A stretch of DNA of 56,539 bases from an uncultured Spirochaetaceae bacterium. Lineage in GTDB: Bacteria > Spirochaetota > Spirochaetia > DSM-27196 > PWMO01. The notes beneath the pieces were generated by a model. It was not told where the DNA came from, ran no database searches, and saw only the letters and a list, made by a program, of their open reading frames with translations. Below are positions 1 through 9,133 of this stretch, piece by piece (positions within the stretch are counted from its first letter, which is position 1; each line of letters opens with the position of its first letter). The position numbers were made by a program, and so were the translations under genes. The stretch lies in assembly GCA_964623865.1 (NCBI GenBank), contig CAZUVX010000013.1:1-56539 (forward strand). Reading direction: 5' to 3'.

Positions 1-83
1 CCCTACGCCGGAAAGCGTTCTGCTGCTTCATCCAACAAGCTTCGGGATACGTTACAGGCACCGCCCCTGGCTGCGCGAGCGTG

Positions 84-890
84 TCATCTTCGTGCAGGAA
101 CCGTGAAGAGAGTCCGGCGGTTGGCCAGAATGACGGATAGAACGCCGGCCGAAAGGATCACAGCAAAGACGGGAAGGCCCAACGGAAGGGACAACGTCGG
201 GAAGAGCCCCAGCGCAAGATTGCTGAAGAGGTGGTAGAGGATAGCAATGAGAATGCTCCGGCGGGCGCGAAGGTAGAGGACGGTATATACGACTGCCTGC
301 ATCGTCGTGAACAACATGTAGAGAACAAAGGGGAATTGCTGTTGCGTTGAACCGGGAATCAAGTACAGGGGAACATGCCACACCGTCCAGATGATCCCGA
401 TGAGAATGCTCGCCCGGAAGGGACTCATGACCACGACCAGGCGGTCCAGGGCGTAGCCGCGCCAGCCGAGCTCTTCTCCGAGGGGTCCGCCGAGCGCCAG
501 GACGTAGAGAATCCCCATCGGCAGGTAGAGGGGGTCGGCAACGAACACGGGGATCGGCCAGTTTCCGGTGGCTACCCCGTTTACGAGATAGCCGAACCCC
601 ACAGCCACGGGCACGAAGAGCACCGCGAAGACCCAGAGCCACGGCGCGCCGCTCAGCCGAACAACCCGACGCAGGAACTGCCCGGCCGTCGGCGCCTTCC
701 GTCTCATCGCGACAAAGCCCACCGCGGTTAGGGAGGGACCATAGGAGCCCACTACGCGAAGCACCCGGCCCGGAGCTGTCTCTTCGCCCGCGGCCTGGGC
801 CAACACAACCGCGGGAATCCACATGGCCCACGTAAACGAGAACGCCACAATGAAGAACAGGATTACATTGCGCCGCATGACACCTCCCAT
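84..890 (-). CDS. CPBP family intramembrane metalloprotease (CAAX protease / Abi-like)
   Basis: 268-aa multi-pass hydrophobic ORF with an EELGWRGY motif and downstream His motifs (WHVPLY, YHLFSN) typical of the CPBP/Abi family. Confidence 0.8.
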   Translation of the reverse strand: MGGVMRRNVILFFIVAFSFTWAMWIPAVVLAQAAGEETAPGRVLRVVGSYGPSLTAVGFVAMRRKAPTAGQFLRRVVRLSGAPWLWVFAVLFVPVAVGFGYLVNGVATGNWPIPVFVADPLYLPMGILYVLALGGPLGEELGWRGYALDRLVVVMSPFRASILIGIIWTVWHVPLYLIPGSTQQQFPFVLYMLFTTMQAVVYTVLYLRARRSILIAILYHLFSNLALGLFPTLSLPLGLPVFAVILSAGVLSVILANRRTLFTVPARR

Positions 891-1016
891 GACGCAGGTA
901 ACGACTTCCGTCGGCCGCGATATGATACCGTGGAAAGGGCATTACGGGTACCGGGCCCGCCTATGCGGTTGCCGCGCGTCAGCCCGCGTGGTACAGCTCA
1001 ACCGAAGGAGGCTCGT

Positions 1017-1527
1017 ATGCAACGGGAACACGATCTCCTGCTTCGAGAGCATCTGCGAATAGCCGTGAGCGGACACGGGGCGCACATCAGCATGAGCGAT
1101 GCGCTCCAGGGCTTTCCCCCCGAGCGGGCGGGAGCGCGGGTTGCGGGGATACATCACTCCGCCCGGGACCTCGTCTACCACGTGGATGTGGTTTTGCATG
1201 ACCTCATCGACCGGGCGGTCGCCGACGAGTATCACCCGCACGAGTACCCGAGCGGCTACCGGCCGCAGGATCACGCCCCGCCGAGTACGGAGGCGTGGCA
1301 TGTGAAGCTTCAGGCCCTCGAGGACGCTCTTGCCACCATTCGGTCCTGGGTGGACGACGAGACCCGGGATCTCCTTGCGCCGCTCGACCGAGGCGATGGT
1401 CACACGCTTTTTTCGGCAGATCATGCTCGCTGTGGATCACACGTCGTACCATTGTGCGCAAATGGTTGATTTGCGGATGCTTCCGGGGATCCCCGTCCGC
1501 GACTACCAGCGAACTGTGCCTGAATAG
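1017..1527 (+). pseudogene. DinB_2-like (DinB superfamily) protein interrupted by a 1-nt frameshift in a T6 run
   Basis: GAAGGAGG RBS then ATG at 1017. The frame of ORF 930..1469 and the frame of ORF 1330..1527 together give one DinB-like protein (...LDRGDGHTLF / RQIMLAVDHTSYHCAQMVDLRML). The frames join only if one T is removed from TTTTTT at 1408..1413. Confidence 0.6.
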
Positions 1528-1737
1528 TTGCCCGGCGGCCCATGAATCGTTGCCCCGGGGCCAGGGGTTGCGGGCTGAGCCTCCTGCGGAAGAGCCCGCT
1601 CCCGGTAGAGCTCCTCGGTGCACCACGAGACCCGGTCGACGCCCAAACCGGTGCAGACGTGCATCCACATTTGCGTCACCGGTAATCTGCTCGCCGCAGG
1701 ACAGAGGCGATGGTACACTGGACATGGAGGGAACAGC

Positions 1738-2175
1738 ATGGAAACCGTACGGGATATTCTGCAGCACAAGGGCCGCAAGGTTTACTCCATTCCGCCGGAT
1801 GCGACCGTGAAGGAGGCCCTTCTCGCAATGAACCGTCACAATGTGGGGGCTTTGCTCGTCATTGACGACAACCACAAAGTCGTCGGCGTATTCTCCGAAC
1901 GGGACTACGCCCGGCACATGATCGACTCGGACAAGGGCTCGGACTCCACCCGCGTCAGCGAGATCATGTCGAGGGAGGTTGCCGCCATTCCGGAGAACCG
2001 GACGATCGAGGAGTGCATGGCCGTCATGACGAAGCGGAGAGTACGGCATCTTCCCGTCTTCGAAGGCAATGAGCTGGTCGGTGTGGTCTCGATTGGTGAC
2101 GTCGTCAATGCCGTCATTCACCAGCAAGCCGTTGTAATCGACCAGCTCGAGCACTACATCTCGGGCAGTCTCTAG
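1738..2175 (+). CDS. CBS domain pair protein
   Basis: GGAGG then ATG at 1738. The 145-aa product has two CBS repeats (VGALLVIDDNHKVVGVFSERD and RHLPVFEGNELVGVVSIGD). The longer start at 1618 adds an implausible Arg/Cys-rich leader. Confidence 0.85.
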   Translation: METVRDILQHKGRKVYSIPPDATVKEALLAMNRHNVGALLVIDDNHKVVGVFSERDYARHMIDSDKGSDSTRVSEIMSREVAAIPENRTIEECMAVMTKRRVRHLPVFEGNELVGVVSIGDVVNAVIHQQAVVIDQLEHYISGSL

Positions 2176-2274
2176 CCGGGATAGACCGCGCAGGTGGCGC
2201 ACAATTCCTGTTGACGAGAGGGCATGACGGCGATACCGTATTCCTGACTACAACAATTCAGTAGGAGAACCGAA

Positions 2275-2688
2275 GTGTTCACTGTGTCGGCGAAGGGTGT
2301 GTACGGTCTCCTTGCGGTAGTGGAGTTGGCGCGCAACTACCGGGGAGCACCAATTCAGATACGGGATATTGCCCGGCGGCGCGGCATCCCGCAACACTAC
2401 CTCGAGCAAATCCTCGTCGTGCTCAAGAAGGCCGGCTACGTTGAGAGCTTTCGAGGCGCTCAGGGGGGATACGCCCTCGCCGGTGATCCGCGGGAGCTGA
2501 CCGTCGAAGAGGTACTCACAGCGCTCGAGGGACCGATTCAAGTCGTTTCCGACGATCGACGTGGCTCCTCCCTGGACTTCTTCTGGGACCGACTCCAGGG
2601 CGAGATAGGCACGCTGCTTCACGTGTCGATTGACCACCTGCTCACGGAAGAGCAGCGACGAAGTCAAAGCTTCGTCTACACCATCTGA
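2275..2688 (+). CDS. Rrf2 family transcriptional regulator
   Basis: GTG start after GGAG. The N-terminal winged helix (IQIRDIARRRGIPQHYLEQILVVLKKAGYVESFRGAQGGYAL) is typical of Rrf2/IscR/CymR. No Cys residues, so it is probably not Fe-S liganded. Confidence 0.85.
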   Translation: MFTVSAKGVYGLLAVVELARNYRGAPIQIRDIARRRGIPQHYLEQILVVLKKAGYVESFRGAQGGYALAGDPRELTVEEVLTALEGPIQVVSDDRRGSSLDFFWDRLQGEIGTLLHVSIDHLLTEEQRRSQSFVYTI

Positions 2689-2774
2689 GGAACCTGGAGC
2701 CCGGAAGATCCCGCTCCCCGGGCATCCGGGTCCGTACCGAGTTGCCGCACCTCCAGGTTGCCGCCTCAGAAGTG

Positions 2775-4808
2775 CTACCGTAGACAGTACACATCCCCGC
2801 CGATCACACCCGAGGTCTCGAAGGCCAGACGATTGACGCGCCGTGCCGCCGCTTCGAAGGTGTCGGGATGTGCCTCCAGGAACTCATTTACGAAGGCGCT
2901 CCCGCGCCGGCGCGCCAGACGTCCGGCAAGAGTTCCACGGAAGTACCCACGAACCCGTTCCTCCGGTTGTTGCAGGAGGTACCCCTGGAACTCGTTCACC
3001 ATGAGATATCGATCCGACGGGTCGTAGGTAAGGAACGAGAGGAGCTCGCGCCAGTACTCACGCTCGGCGGAGGAGAGGGCGTCCCATTGCGCGAAGACGC
3101 CCCGGCGAAAGTCCTGATCCGCGTAGAAAACGCCGTGAAAAGCTTCGTGCGTGAGCAGGAGCTGTCGGAGTACGGGGTATGACTCTCGGGAGATGCTGAG
3201 AATACCTCCGTCGCCCGGACGCACCGTGCCGTCGTCGTCGCCGCCGGCCGGTCGAAGGACGCCGTTCGCCAGGAGAACCTCCTTGAGCAGCAGCTCCTCG
3301 GCGTTCAGCTCGAACCCTTCGGCATCGGCCAGGTTGAAGAAATCGGCAAGTCCCTCCGGGCGATAGTTGTGCGCGTTCCAGCCGTGGAGACCCGTCAGCT
3401 CACGGTTGGTGAGAAGCTCGCCGCGGTAGTCCCGCTTCTCCGCGAAGAACGCCAAGCGCTTGAAGAAGCGCGATTGCGTGGCGTACGAACGCATGTCGAA
3501 GATGAGGATCTCCGGATAGAGGCTCCACGAGAAGAGCTCGAAGTCGCTCCGACGCCAGCTTGTCTGGGGATAGTGTTCGAGGATGACCCCGAGGTCCGCC
3601 GGAACAGGGGCGTAGGCGCCCTCCCCCAGGTCGATCGGCTTCACGCTCACCAGCCGAAACTCCGCCGGGAGCTCGCCAAGACGAAGCGTCGCTGGGGCGC
3701 AGCCAAAGGAGGCGCGGTGCAGGTAGACCGACCGCCCCCCGGGGCGCAGAGTCAGGGTGAGCTCTCCCGCAGGGTCCTCCGGGGTTGCATCTCCGGCGGA
3801 ACCCGTCGTGGCATCGGAGGCGGTTGCGTCGGTGGACCCCCCACTCGCTCCTGCGGCACCAGGGCCTGCACACGCGACCTGGAGCGGTACTCGCACAAGC
3901 ATCGCTTGGCCCGCTTCGTCGGTTGCACCGGGTCCGTCGCGGTCGGACGTCCCGGGCGCCGCGGTTTCATCGGGACCGGGGCCGTCGGCGGGGGTGGTCG
4001 GGCCGAAGGCGTAGGTGAGCTCCACAATCGAAGCCTCAGAAAGGTCCAGGCCAACCAGCACGTCACGAGGGGTTCCGCCGGGGGACGCCCCCTCCAATCG
4101 GCGAAGCGCCGTGCCGATCACCGCGTGGCCGTTCTCGAGGACGAATCCCGATTCCCCGGAGCGCAGACCCGCGAAGGTGAACACGGCTCCCTCGGACTCC
4201 GGCGCGGACGCCTCGGAAGCCGGTGAGTCCGTGTGGGAAGTGTGGATCGAGAAACCGGCCGGCGTCGCGTCCTCAGGAATCGCGACCCGGTATTCCCGAG
4301 GCCCCCCCGTGTCGGTGACACCACCCACGACGCGGTCGCCAATGGTTCCACCCTCTCCGTCGAACAACGTAATCCTCTCCACGCCGGCGTCGGGGTCTAC
4401 CCGAAGAGCGAAGTTGCTTCCTGCGGAGGCGGCAACGGGGCGTCGCAGCTCGTAATGCAGGATCGTGCCACCCGCCCCCGCCGACTCGGCGGCAACTTCC
4501 TCGCCGCCCTTCATGAGAATGGCGGTCTCTTCACCATCTTCACCGACAAAGGGCACGTCCAGGGTGTTTGCACAGCCGGTAACGACTGCAACCGATGCGA
4601 GGAGCACGAGCGGATTGATGCTGCGAAAGTACCGGCGCTCCCCGGTGAGAGGGCTCCCGGACCGGCGGTCCGCAGCCGGGGCCGTGGGCGCACCTGCCCC
4701 TGCGGTCTCCCGCAGGAGAATCCGGACATGACGCCGTCCGCCGGGGCGACGGGCAAAGGGGCGTAACGGAGCGCGACCGGGAGATCGCCGGGCGATGGTT
4801 CCCCTCAC
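2775..4808 (-). CDS. Large lipoprotein with a C-terminal HExxH (putative zinc-peptidase-like) domain
   Basis: 677-aa ORF with high GC3 coding bias. Lipobox LLASVAVVTGC lies after about 80 residues. HEAFH motif is encoded at 3135..3149, followed about 45 residues later by NEFQGY (possible third ligand Glu). The GTG start at 4808 overlaps the upstream stop (GTGA); the true start is uncertain. Confidence 0.6.
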   Translation of the reverse strand: MRGTIARRSPGRAPLRPFARRPGGRRHVRILLRETAGAGAPTAPAADRRSGSPLTGERRYFRSINPLVLLASVAVVTGCANTLDVPFVGEDGEETAILMKGGEEVAAESAGAGGTILHYELRRPVAASAGSNFALRVDPDAGVERITLFDGEGGTIGDRVVGGVTDTGGPREYRVAIPEDATPAGFSIHTSHTDSPASEASAPESEGAVFTFAGLRSGESGFVLENGHAVIGTALRRLEGASPGGTPRDVLVGLDLSEASIVELTYAFGPTTPADGPGPDETAAPGTSDRDGPGATDEAGQAMLVRVPLQVACAGPGAAGASGGSTDATASDATTGSAGDATPEDPAGELTLTLRPGGRSVYLHRASFGCAPATLRLGELPAEFRLVSVKPIDLGEGAYAPVPADLGVILEHYPQTSWRRSDFELFSWSLYPEILIFDMRSYATQSRFFKRLAFFAEKRDYRGELLTNRELTGLHGWNAHNYRPEGLADFFNLADAEGFELNAEELLLKEVLLANGVLRPAGGDDDGTVRPGDGGILSISRESYPVLRQLLLTHEAFHGVFYADQDFRRGVFAQWDALSSAEREYWRELLSFLTYDPSDRYLMVNEFQGYLLQQPEERVRGYFRGTLAGRLARRRGSAFVNEFLEAHPDTFEAAARRVNRLAFETSGVIGGDVYCLR

Positions 4809-5569
4809 AGCGCCACGATACTCCGGGCGAGGAGATTGGCCACCTCGCCCTTCTGGCTGGGCTTGAGAGAGGGGTTGGTTCGCAGGAAGCTGTCGAAGCG
4901 TCCCAGAAAGGAATCCGGCAAGGTGCGCAGCTCTCGCGTCTCGGCGGCGAGGAGCCGCCCTGAAGGCTCGAAACGGTGGTTGATCACAAACAGGACACTA
5001 CAGGCAGTGCGGATGAACCCTGAGGAGGAGATCAGGTAGAAGAGCTGATCCTCCCGGGCAATGGCTGCGTGAAGATCTCCGAGGAAGTGCTCCATTCGCG
5101 CCTGGAAGGCGGTTCGAAGCATGTTCCAGAAATCCTGGTTCAAGGCGTCCAGGTCCTTCCTCGCCTCGTCGATCCAGTCACTCCGCTTGAAGACCACCCG
5201 ACCATGGCGGAGGCGATAGAGCATGTAGGTCCCGGTATCCCGGAAGGCCCCTTCGGGAGCCTCTCCCGTGTGAAGCAGAGAATCGAAGTAGCTCTGGTCC
5301 TTGTACTCGATCCGGAAGGGAATGTCCCGCATGAGGAATCGATCCTTCCGGGATGCATGCAGACTCTCGAAGGCAACGGCCCCGGGGAAGAGGTCGCGCC
5401 GAGTGTGGCTCGGCGGGATGGCGCCGGTGCAATAGCAGTCTACGCTGATGAAGAAGTAGGGGTCGTAGAAGTCCTCGCCGGACTCGAGAAGGACGATCGT
5501 GTCGACGTCGTTCCACTTCGACAACACACCCGTAATCGTGTCTATGCTCTGCTCAATCTTGCGCTTCAT
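4805..5569 (-). CDS. Hypothetical protein (possible nucleotidyltransferase-like fold, low confidence)
   Basis: 254-aa ORF with ordinary globular composition and coding-like third positions. No motif I can assign confidently. Confidence 0.5.
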   Translation of the reverse strand: MKRKIEQSIDTITGVLSKWNDVDTIVLLESGEDFYDPYFFISVDCYCTGAIPPSHTRRDLFPGAVAFESLHASRKDRFLMRDIPFRIEYKDQSYFDSLLHTGEAPEGAFRDTGTYMLYRLRHGRVVFKRSDWIDEARKDLDALNQDFWNMLRTAFQARMEHFLGDLHAAIAREDQLFYLISSSGFIRTACSVLFVINHRFEPSGRLLAAETRELRTLPDSFLGRFDSFLRTNPSLKPSQKGEVANLLARSIVAL

Positions 5570-5645
5570 GACTGACTCGTAGGAGTAGCCTACCGTAACA
5601 ATCTAGGTCTTGCAACGTGGTCCCGGTCGGACTAGGCTTCCCACC

Positions 5646-6209
5646 ATGCACATCTACTGCGCGGCCCTCAGGCCGCCCGGCAATGTCCAGGCCCTTGTGC
5701 GGCCGCTGCAGGACCATCTCCTGACGCACCGCGGCTGGACATCCGTCCGCGCGTTCCCACCGCTCCTGCCCCTGGGCTACGCCCTTGCCGCGGAGGACCT
5801 GCCGGTGGCCCCTGAAGGCTCCCCGGAACTCGCGATCGGCGGCTTGGAAGTGGATCAGGATACCATCATTGCGCCGCTTCAAGCCCCGAAGGCGTTGTCC
5901 GCCCTTCACGCCGAGGTCTCGGAGTGCCTCCCCGGGGACGCAACGGCGATCCCGGAAGGGTTCCCCCGAATCGGGGCGGGGCTCTTCCTCGGGGTCAACG
6001 AAGGGCGGGTCGCCGCATCGGAGTTGCAGGACCTCCCGACAGTGGCGGTGACGCGGGTGAGGCAATGGTGGTACGTGGTGCTGAACCTCGAATATGAGGA
6101 GCCGGAGAGCTGGTGGAAGGCGTTGAGGTGGCGAGAGGTTGAGCGCATTCGGCTTCCAAAGCGCTCGGCCGACGGCGGAAAGGGGCAATCCCGGGCCCCC
6201 CTCGGTTGA
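5646..6209 (+). CDS. Hypothetical protein
   Basis: ATG at 5646 (MHIYCAALRPP...). High GC3 and a plausible globular sequence (WWYVVLNLEYEEPESWWKALRW). The opposing 5553..6356 ORF is an Arg/Pro-rich shadow. Confidence 0.45.
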   Translation: MHIYCAALRPPGNVQALVRPLQDHLLTHRGWTSVRAFPPLLPLGYALAAEDLPVAPEGSPELAIGGLEVDQDTIIAPLQAPKALSALHAEVSECLPGDATAIPEGFPRIGAGLFLGVNEGRVAASELQDLPTVAVTRVRQWWYVVLNLEYEEPESWWKALRWREVERIRLPKRSADGGKGQSRAPLG

Positions 6210-6273
6210 GGAAGCGTGGCAAGGCCGCGGCCGACTGAGCCGATCCGACCGTTGGAGACGGTTGACCGGCACA

Positions 6274-7947
6274 TCAAGCTGAGACGACGCGATTGCGGCC
6301 GCTCTCTTTGGCGTCGTAGAGAGCGCGGTCGGCCGCTTCCGTAATGTCGTTGGCATTGTCGTAGTGAGGGTAGGCCGCGAGACCGCAGCTCAGCGTAACG
6401 TAGAAGTCGCGACCTTCCGCGGTGTGCCGGATCCGGGCGAAGCTTTGACGGATCTGGTCCAGGATCTCTTTTGCGTCCTCGGGTTTGGTGTCCAGAAGGA
6501 TCACGCCGAACTCCTCTCCCCCATACCGACCAATGAGATCGGTCTTGCGCAGGCGCTCCCGGAGGAGGCGCGCAAGACTCTTGAGCACCCGATCACCCGT
6601 CAGATGGCCGTAGGTATCATTGACCAACTTGAAGTGATCCAGATCGATCATGGCGAAGGTAAGGCTCCCTTCGATCCGGCCGGCCCGTTGGATCTCGTAC
6701 TCGACCTTCTCAACAAGGTTCGAGTGGTTGAGGAGCCCGGTGAGAGAGTCCCGCTCCATGAAGAAGCGCATGTCTCGGGTTCGCTGCGCCCTCATCCGTA
6801 CCGCCGTCACCAGATACTCCGGCTGAACCGGCTTCGTGATGAAGTCATCACCCCCTTCGCTGATCGCCTGGAGCTGCTTCTCCCGGTCCTGCTCGACCGA
6901 TAGAAAGATGATGGGTATCCCGATGAAGGCTTCCTGCTGCCGAATGATCCGCGCGAGCTCAATACCATTGCATCCGGGCATGTACATGTCCATGAGGATG
7001 AGCTCGGGCTTCGCCTCGGTGAGCACCTGGAATACCTTGTTCGCCTCAGTTACGACGGAGGTGATCATACCTGCCTGCTGCAGGATGAGAGCCAGGAAGG
7101 AGACCTGTTCCGGGTCGTCGTCCACTACGAGGACGTGGTACGGCTCGTGTCGCGCGGTTCCCAGGATGCTCTCGATCTTGTCGACCAGACGCAGCATTTC
7201 CACCGGTGCCGGGAAGAAGGCGTCGCCGCCGCTGCGAACCGCCCGCAGTCTCTCTTCGAAGCTGTCGACGGCGGAAAAGAAGATGACTCCGGCCAGGGCG
7301 CTGCTGTCGTTCCTGAGAGCCCGTAGACGGAGCGCCACGTCCTCTTCGTCGGGGATCTCCCCGAGGTCCGCAACGAGGATGGCAAGGCCGTCGCCGCCGG
7401 CCGACAGAGCCTCCAGACCGTCGAGGCCCGTCAGACGCCGCACGGGAAACCCGAAGAAACCGAGCTGACTCTCAATGTCACCGACGTCTTCATCGCTCGA
7501 TCCGAGGACCGCGACGCAGTGCCTTGTGGCATCGGCACGCCTCTCTCCCTCTTCTCCGACCGGGAGAAGCAGGCCCTCGTCCTCAACATCATCCCCGTCC
7601 GTTCGGCCGGACCTCGTCTGCTCACGATATGATGATTCCAGCTCCCCGGCGAGCACCTTGATAGCGGCGACATCCTGATCTGCGATGGTTCGGCCACTCT
7701 TTGCGGCATCAATGATGAGGCGCTCGATCCGGCGCGCGTCCGTGGAGATGGAGTGGAAGCCGAAGGTGCTCCCGGATCCGGCCAGGCGGTGTGCATGCAT
7801 GCGGATCTCGTGTAGCGCGTCTGCCGAGGTGTGATCGGCTTCGAGCTTCTCAATGCCGCTGCGGATGGCTTGCAGCCGGCCGGGAAGCTGTTCCGTGAAC
7901 TGCATCGTCAGCTCCCGCAGCCGGTCACGAACATTGCGCGATAGCAT
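6274..7947 (-). CDS. Hpt - pseudo-receiver - receiver - GGDEF diguanylate cyclase
   Basis: Hpt motif MHAHRLAGSGSTFGF. A REC-like module lacks the conserved Lys (FFPAP). The canonical REC has VLVVDDD...LILMDMYMPG...ITKP. GGDEF domain with RYGGEEF, preceded by an RKTD (RxxD I-site) five residues upstream. Confidence 0.9.
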   Translation of the reverse strand: MLSRNVRDRLRELTMQFTEQLPGRLQAIRSGIEKLEADHTSADALHEIRMHAHRLAGSGSTFGFHSISTDARRIERLIIDAAKSGRTIADQDVAAIKVLAGELESSYREQTRSGRTDGDDVEDEGLLLPVGEEGERRADATRHCVAVLGSSDEDVGDIESQLGFFGFPVRRLTGLDGLEALSAGGDGLAILVADLGEIPDEEDVALRLRALRNDSSALAGVIFFSAVDSFEERLRAVRSGGDAFFPAPVEMLRLVDKIESILGTARHEPYHVLVVDDDPEQVSFLALILQQAGMITSVVTEANKVFQVLTEAKPELILMDMYMPGCNGIELARIIRQQEAFIGIPIIFLSVEQDREKQLQAISEGGDDFITKPVQPEYLVTAVRMRAQRTRDMRFFMERDSLTGLLNHSNLVEKVEYEIQRAGRIEGSLTFAMIDLDHFKLVNDTYGHLTGDRVLKSLARLLRERLRKTDLIGRYGGEEFGVILLDTKPEDAKEILDQIRQSFARIRHTAEGRDFYVTLSCGLAAYPHYDNANDITEAADRALYDAKESGRNRVVSA

Positions 7948-8063
7948 TCACACTCCCCATCCGGGATCGACGCGGTGACCGCGTCGCCCGGAACAGATAC
8001 CCCCGAACGCTTCAATATACGACTCGTGCATTCCACGCGCAACAGACGCCGCGCTCCCGGGTA

Positions 8064-8717
8064 TCACCCTTCGTCACTCCTAGTATCGGCATTGATGGCA
8101 TATGGGCAGACGTCGCGCAGCGGGCAGCGCGGGCAGGCCGGGTTGCGGGCGGTGCAGGTGTCCCTGCCATGGAAGTTCAGCTCCATTGACAGCGGCGTCT
8201 GCAGCTCCTCCGGAATGACTCCCGCAAGCTCCCGCTCGATCCTGTGGGGATCCTCCTGTGTCGTCAGACCGAGCCGGCGGGCGACGCGTCGGAAGTGTGT
8301 GTCCACAATCACCGCCGGCAACCCCTGCAGCGCCGCACGCACCACGTTGGCGGACTTCCGCCCGACGCCGGGAATCGTCATCAGATCATTCATGTCGATG
8401 GGTACGGTGTCGTCGAAGCGCTCGTGCACGGCCGCCGCCGCCGCGACAATGCTCTTGGCTTTGTTCCGGAAGAACCCGACCGAGTGGATCATGCCCTCAA
8501 CATCGGAGAGGCGTGCCCCCGCGAGGGCTGCCGGCGTCGGATAGGCTCGGAAGAGCGCCGGGGTCACCCGGTTGACTTGGGCGTCCGTTGTCTGGGCGGA
8601 GAGTATGACCGCAATGAGTAACTCGAAGGGCCATGCATACCGGAGCAGCGTTCGCGGCGCCGCGTACACCGCTGCCAGGCGTTCGTGAACGAGGAGGGCG
8701 CGCTCCCGGGGCGTCAT
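8064..8717 (-). CDS. nth: Endonuclease III (DNA-(apurinic/apyrimidinic site) lyase)
   Basis: Start taken at the ATG at 8717 (MTPRERALL...). HhH-GPD motifs (LMTIPGVGRKSANVV, VDTH) and a C-terminal Cys cluster (CTARNPACPRCPLRDVC). The 73-aa upstream extension in the ORF track is a repeat-derived artefact. Confidence 0.92.
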   Translation of the reverse strand: MTPRERALLVHERLAAVYAAPRTLLRYAWPFELLIAVILSAQTTDAQVNRVTPALFRAYPTPAALAGARLSDVEGMIHSVGFFRNKAKSIVAAAAAVHERFDDTVPIDMNDLMTIPGVGRKSANVVRAALQGLPAVIVDTHFRRVARRLGLTTQEDPHRIERELAGVIPEELQTPLSMELNFHGRDTCTARNPACPRCPLRDVCPYAINADTRSDEG

Positions 8718-8721
8718 GGTG

Positions 8722-9120
8722 CTACTCCACCGGGTCGGAATCGGCGTCCGCCGCGTCGCGGTGGGGATCCCGGCCCGCCGCGTCGCGGTGGGGATCCCGG
8801 CCCGCCGCGTCGCGGTGGCTGCGCCGCCGATGCTCCCGGTACCCCTCCCGTATGACGGCGAAGGAGACGCGCTCCGGCACGGGGTCGTAACCGCCGGTGA
8901 AGAGGCTCGAACAGCGGAAGACGCGGGCAATGCCAAGGGCGAGACCGTGCAGGACGCCGTGCTTCATGATGGCCTCCTGGGCGTATGAGGAGCACGACGG
9001 GTAGTAGATGCACGTCTGCGGAAGCAACGGCGAGATCAGGTATCTATACAGAAGGATCGGCACGGTTGCCACAGTTCGCAGGATCCGGAGCAGCCTTCCT
9101 CCGGTGGGGACGGAGCTCAT
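8722..9120 (-). CDS. yidD: Membrane protein insertion efficiency factor YidD with a repeat-containing C-terminal tail
   Basis: ATG at 9120. Core ILLYRYLISPLLPQTCIYYPSCSSYAQEAIMKHG matches the YidD family. The tail carries HRDAAGRDP x2.6, encoded by a 27-bp tandem repeat. Its stop lies 4 nt before the nth ATG. Confidence 0.85.
   Translation of the reverse strand: MSSVPTGGRLLRILRTVATVPILLYRYLISPLLPQTCIYYPSCSSYAQEAIMKHGVLHGLALGIARVFRCSSLFTGGYDPVPERVSFAVIREGYREHRRRSHRDAAGRDPHRDAAGRDPHRDAADADSDPVE
8748..8818. repeat. 27-bp tandem repeat, about 2.6 copies (CCGCCGCGTCGCGGTGGGGATCCCGGC)
   Basis: Identical copies at 8748..8774 and 8775..8801, and a partial copy at 8802..8818. In frame within the yidD 3' end (HRDAAGRDP repeats). 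Confidence 0.9.
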
Positions 9121-9133
9121 ACGCTGAATATCG

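Noticed and set aside
8748-8818. Tandem repeats (also 19994..20035 and 55440..55515) considered as a possible CRISPR array or minisatellite element.
   Set aside because: The copies are directly adjacent with no spacers, number only 2-3 and are in frame within coding sequences. No cas genes are present. These are coding tandem repeats, not CRISPR.
8718-8936. N-terminal 73-aa extension of the endonuclease III ORF.
   Set aside because: The extension is the out-of-frame reading of the yidD 3' end and its 27-bp tandem repeat. Nth homology begins at the ATG at 8717, which lies 4 nt after the yidD stop.
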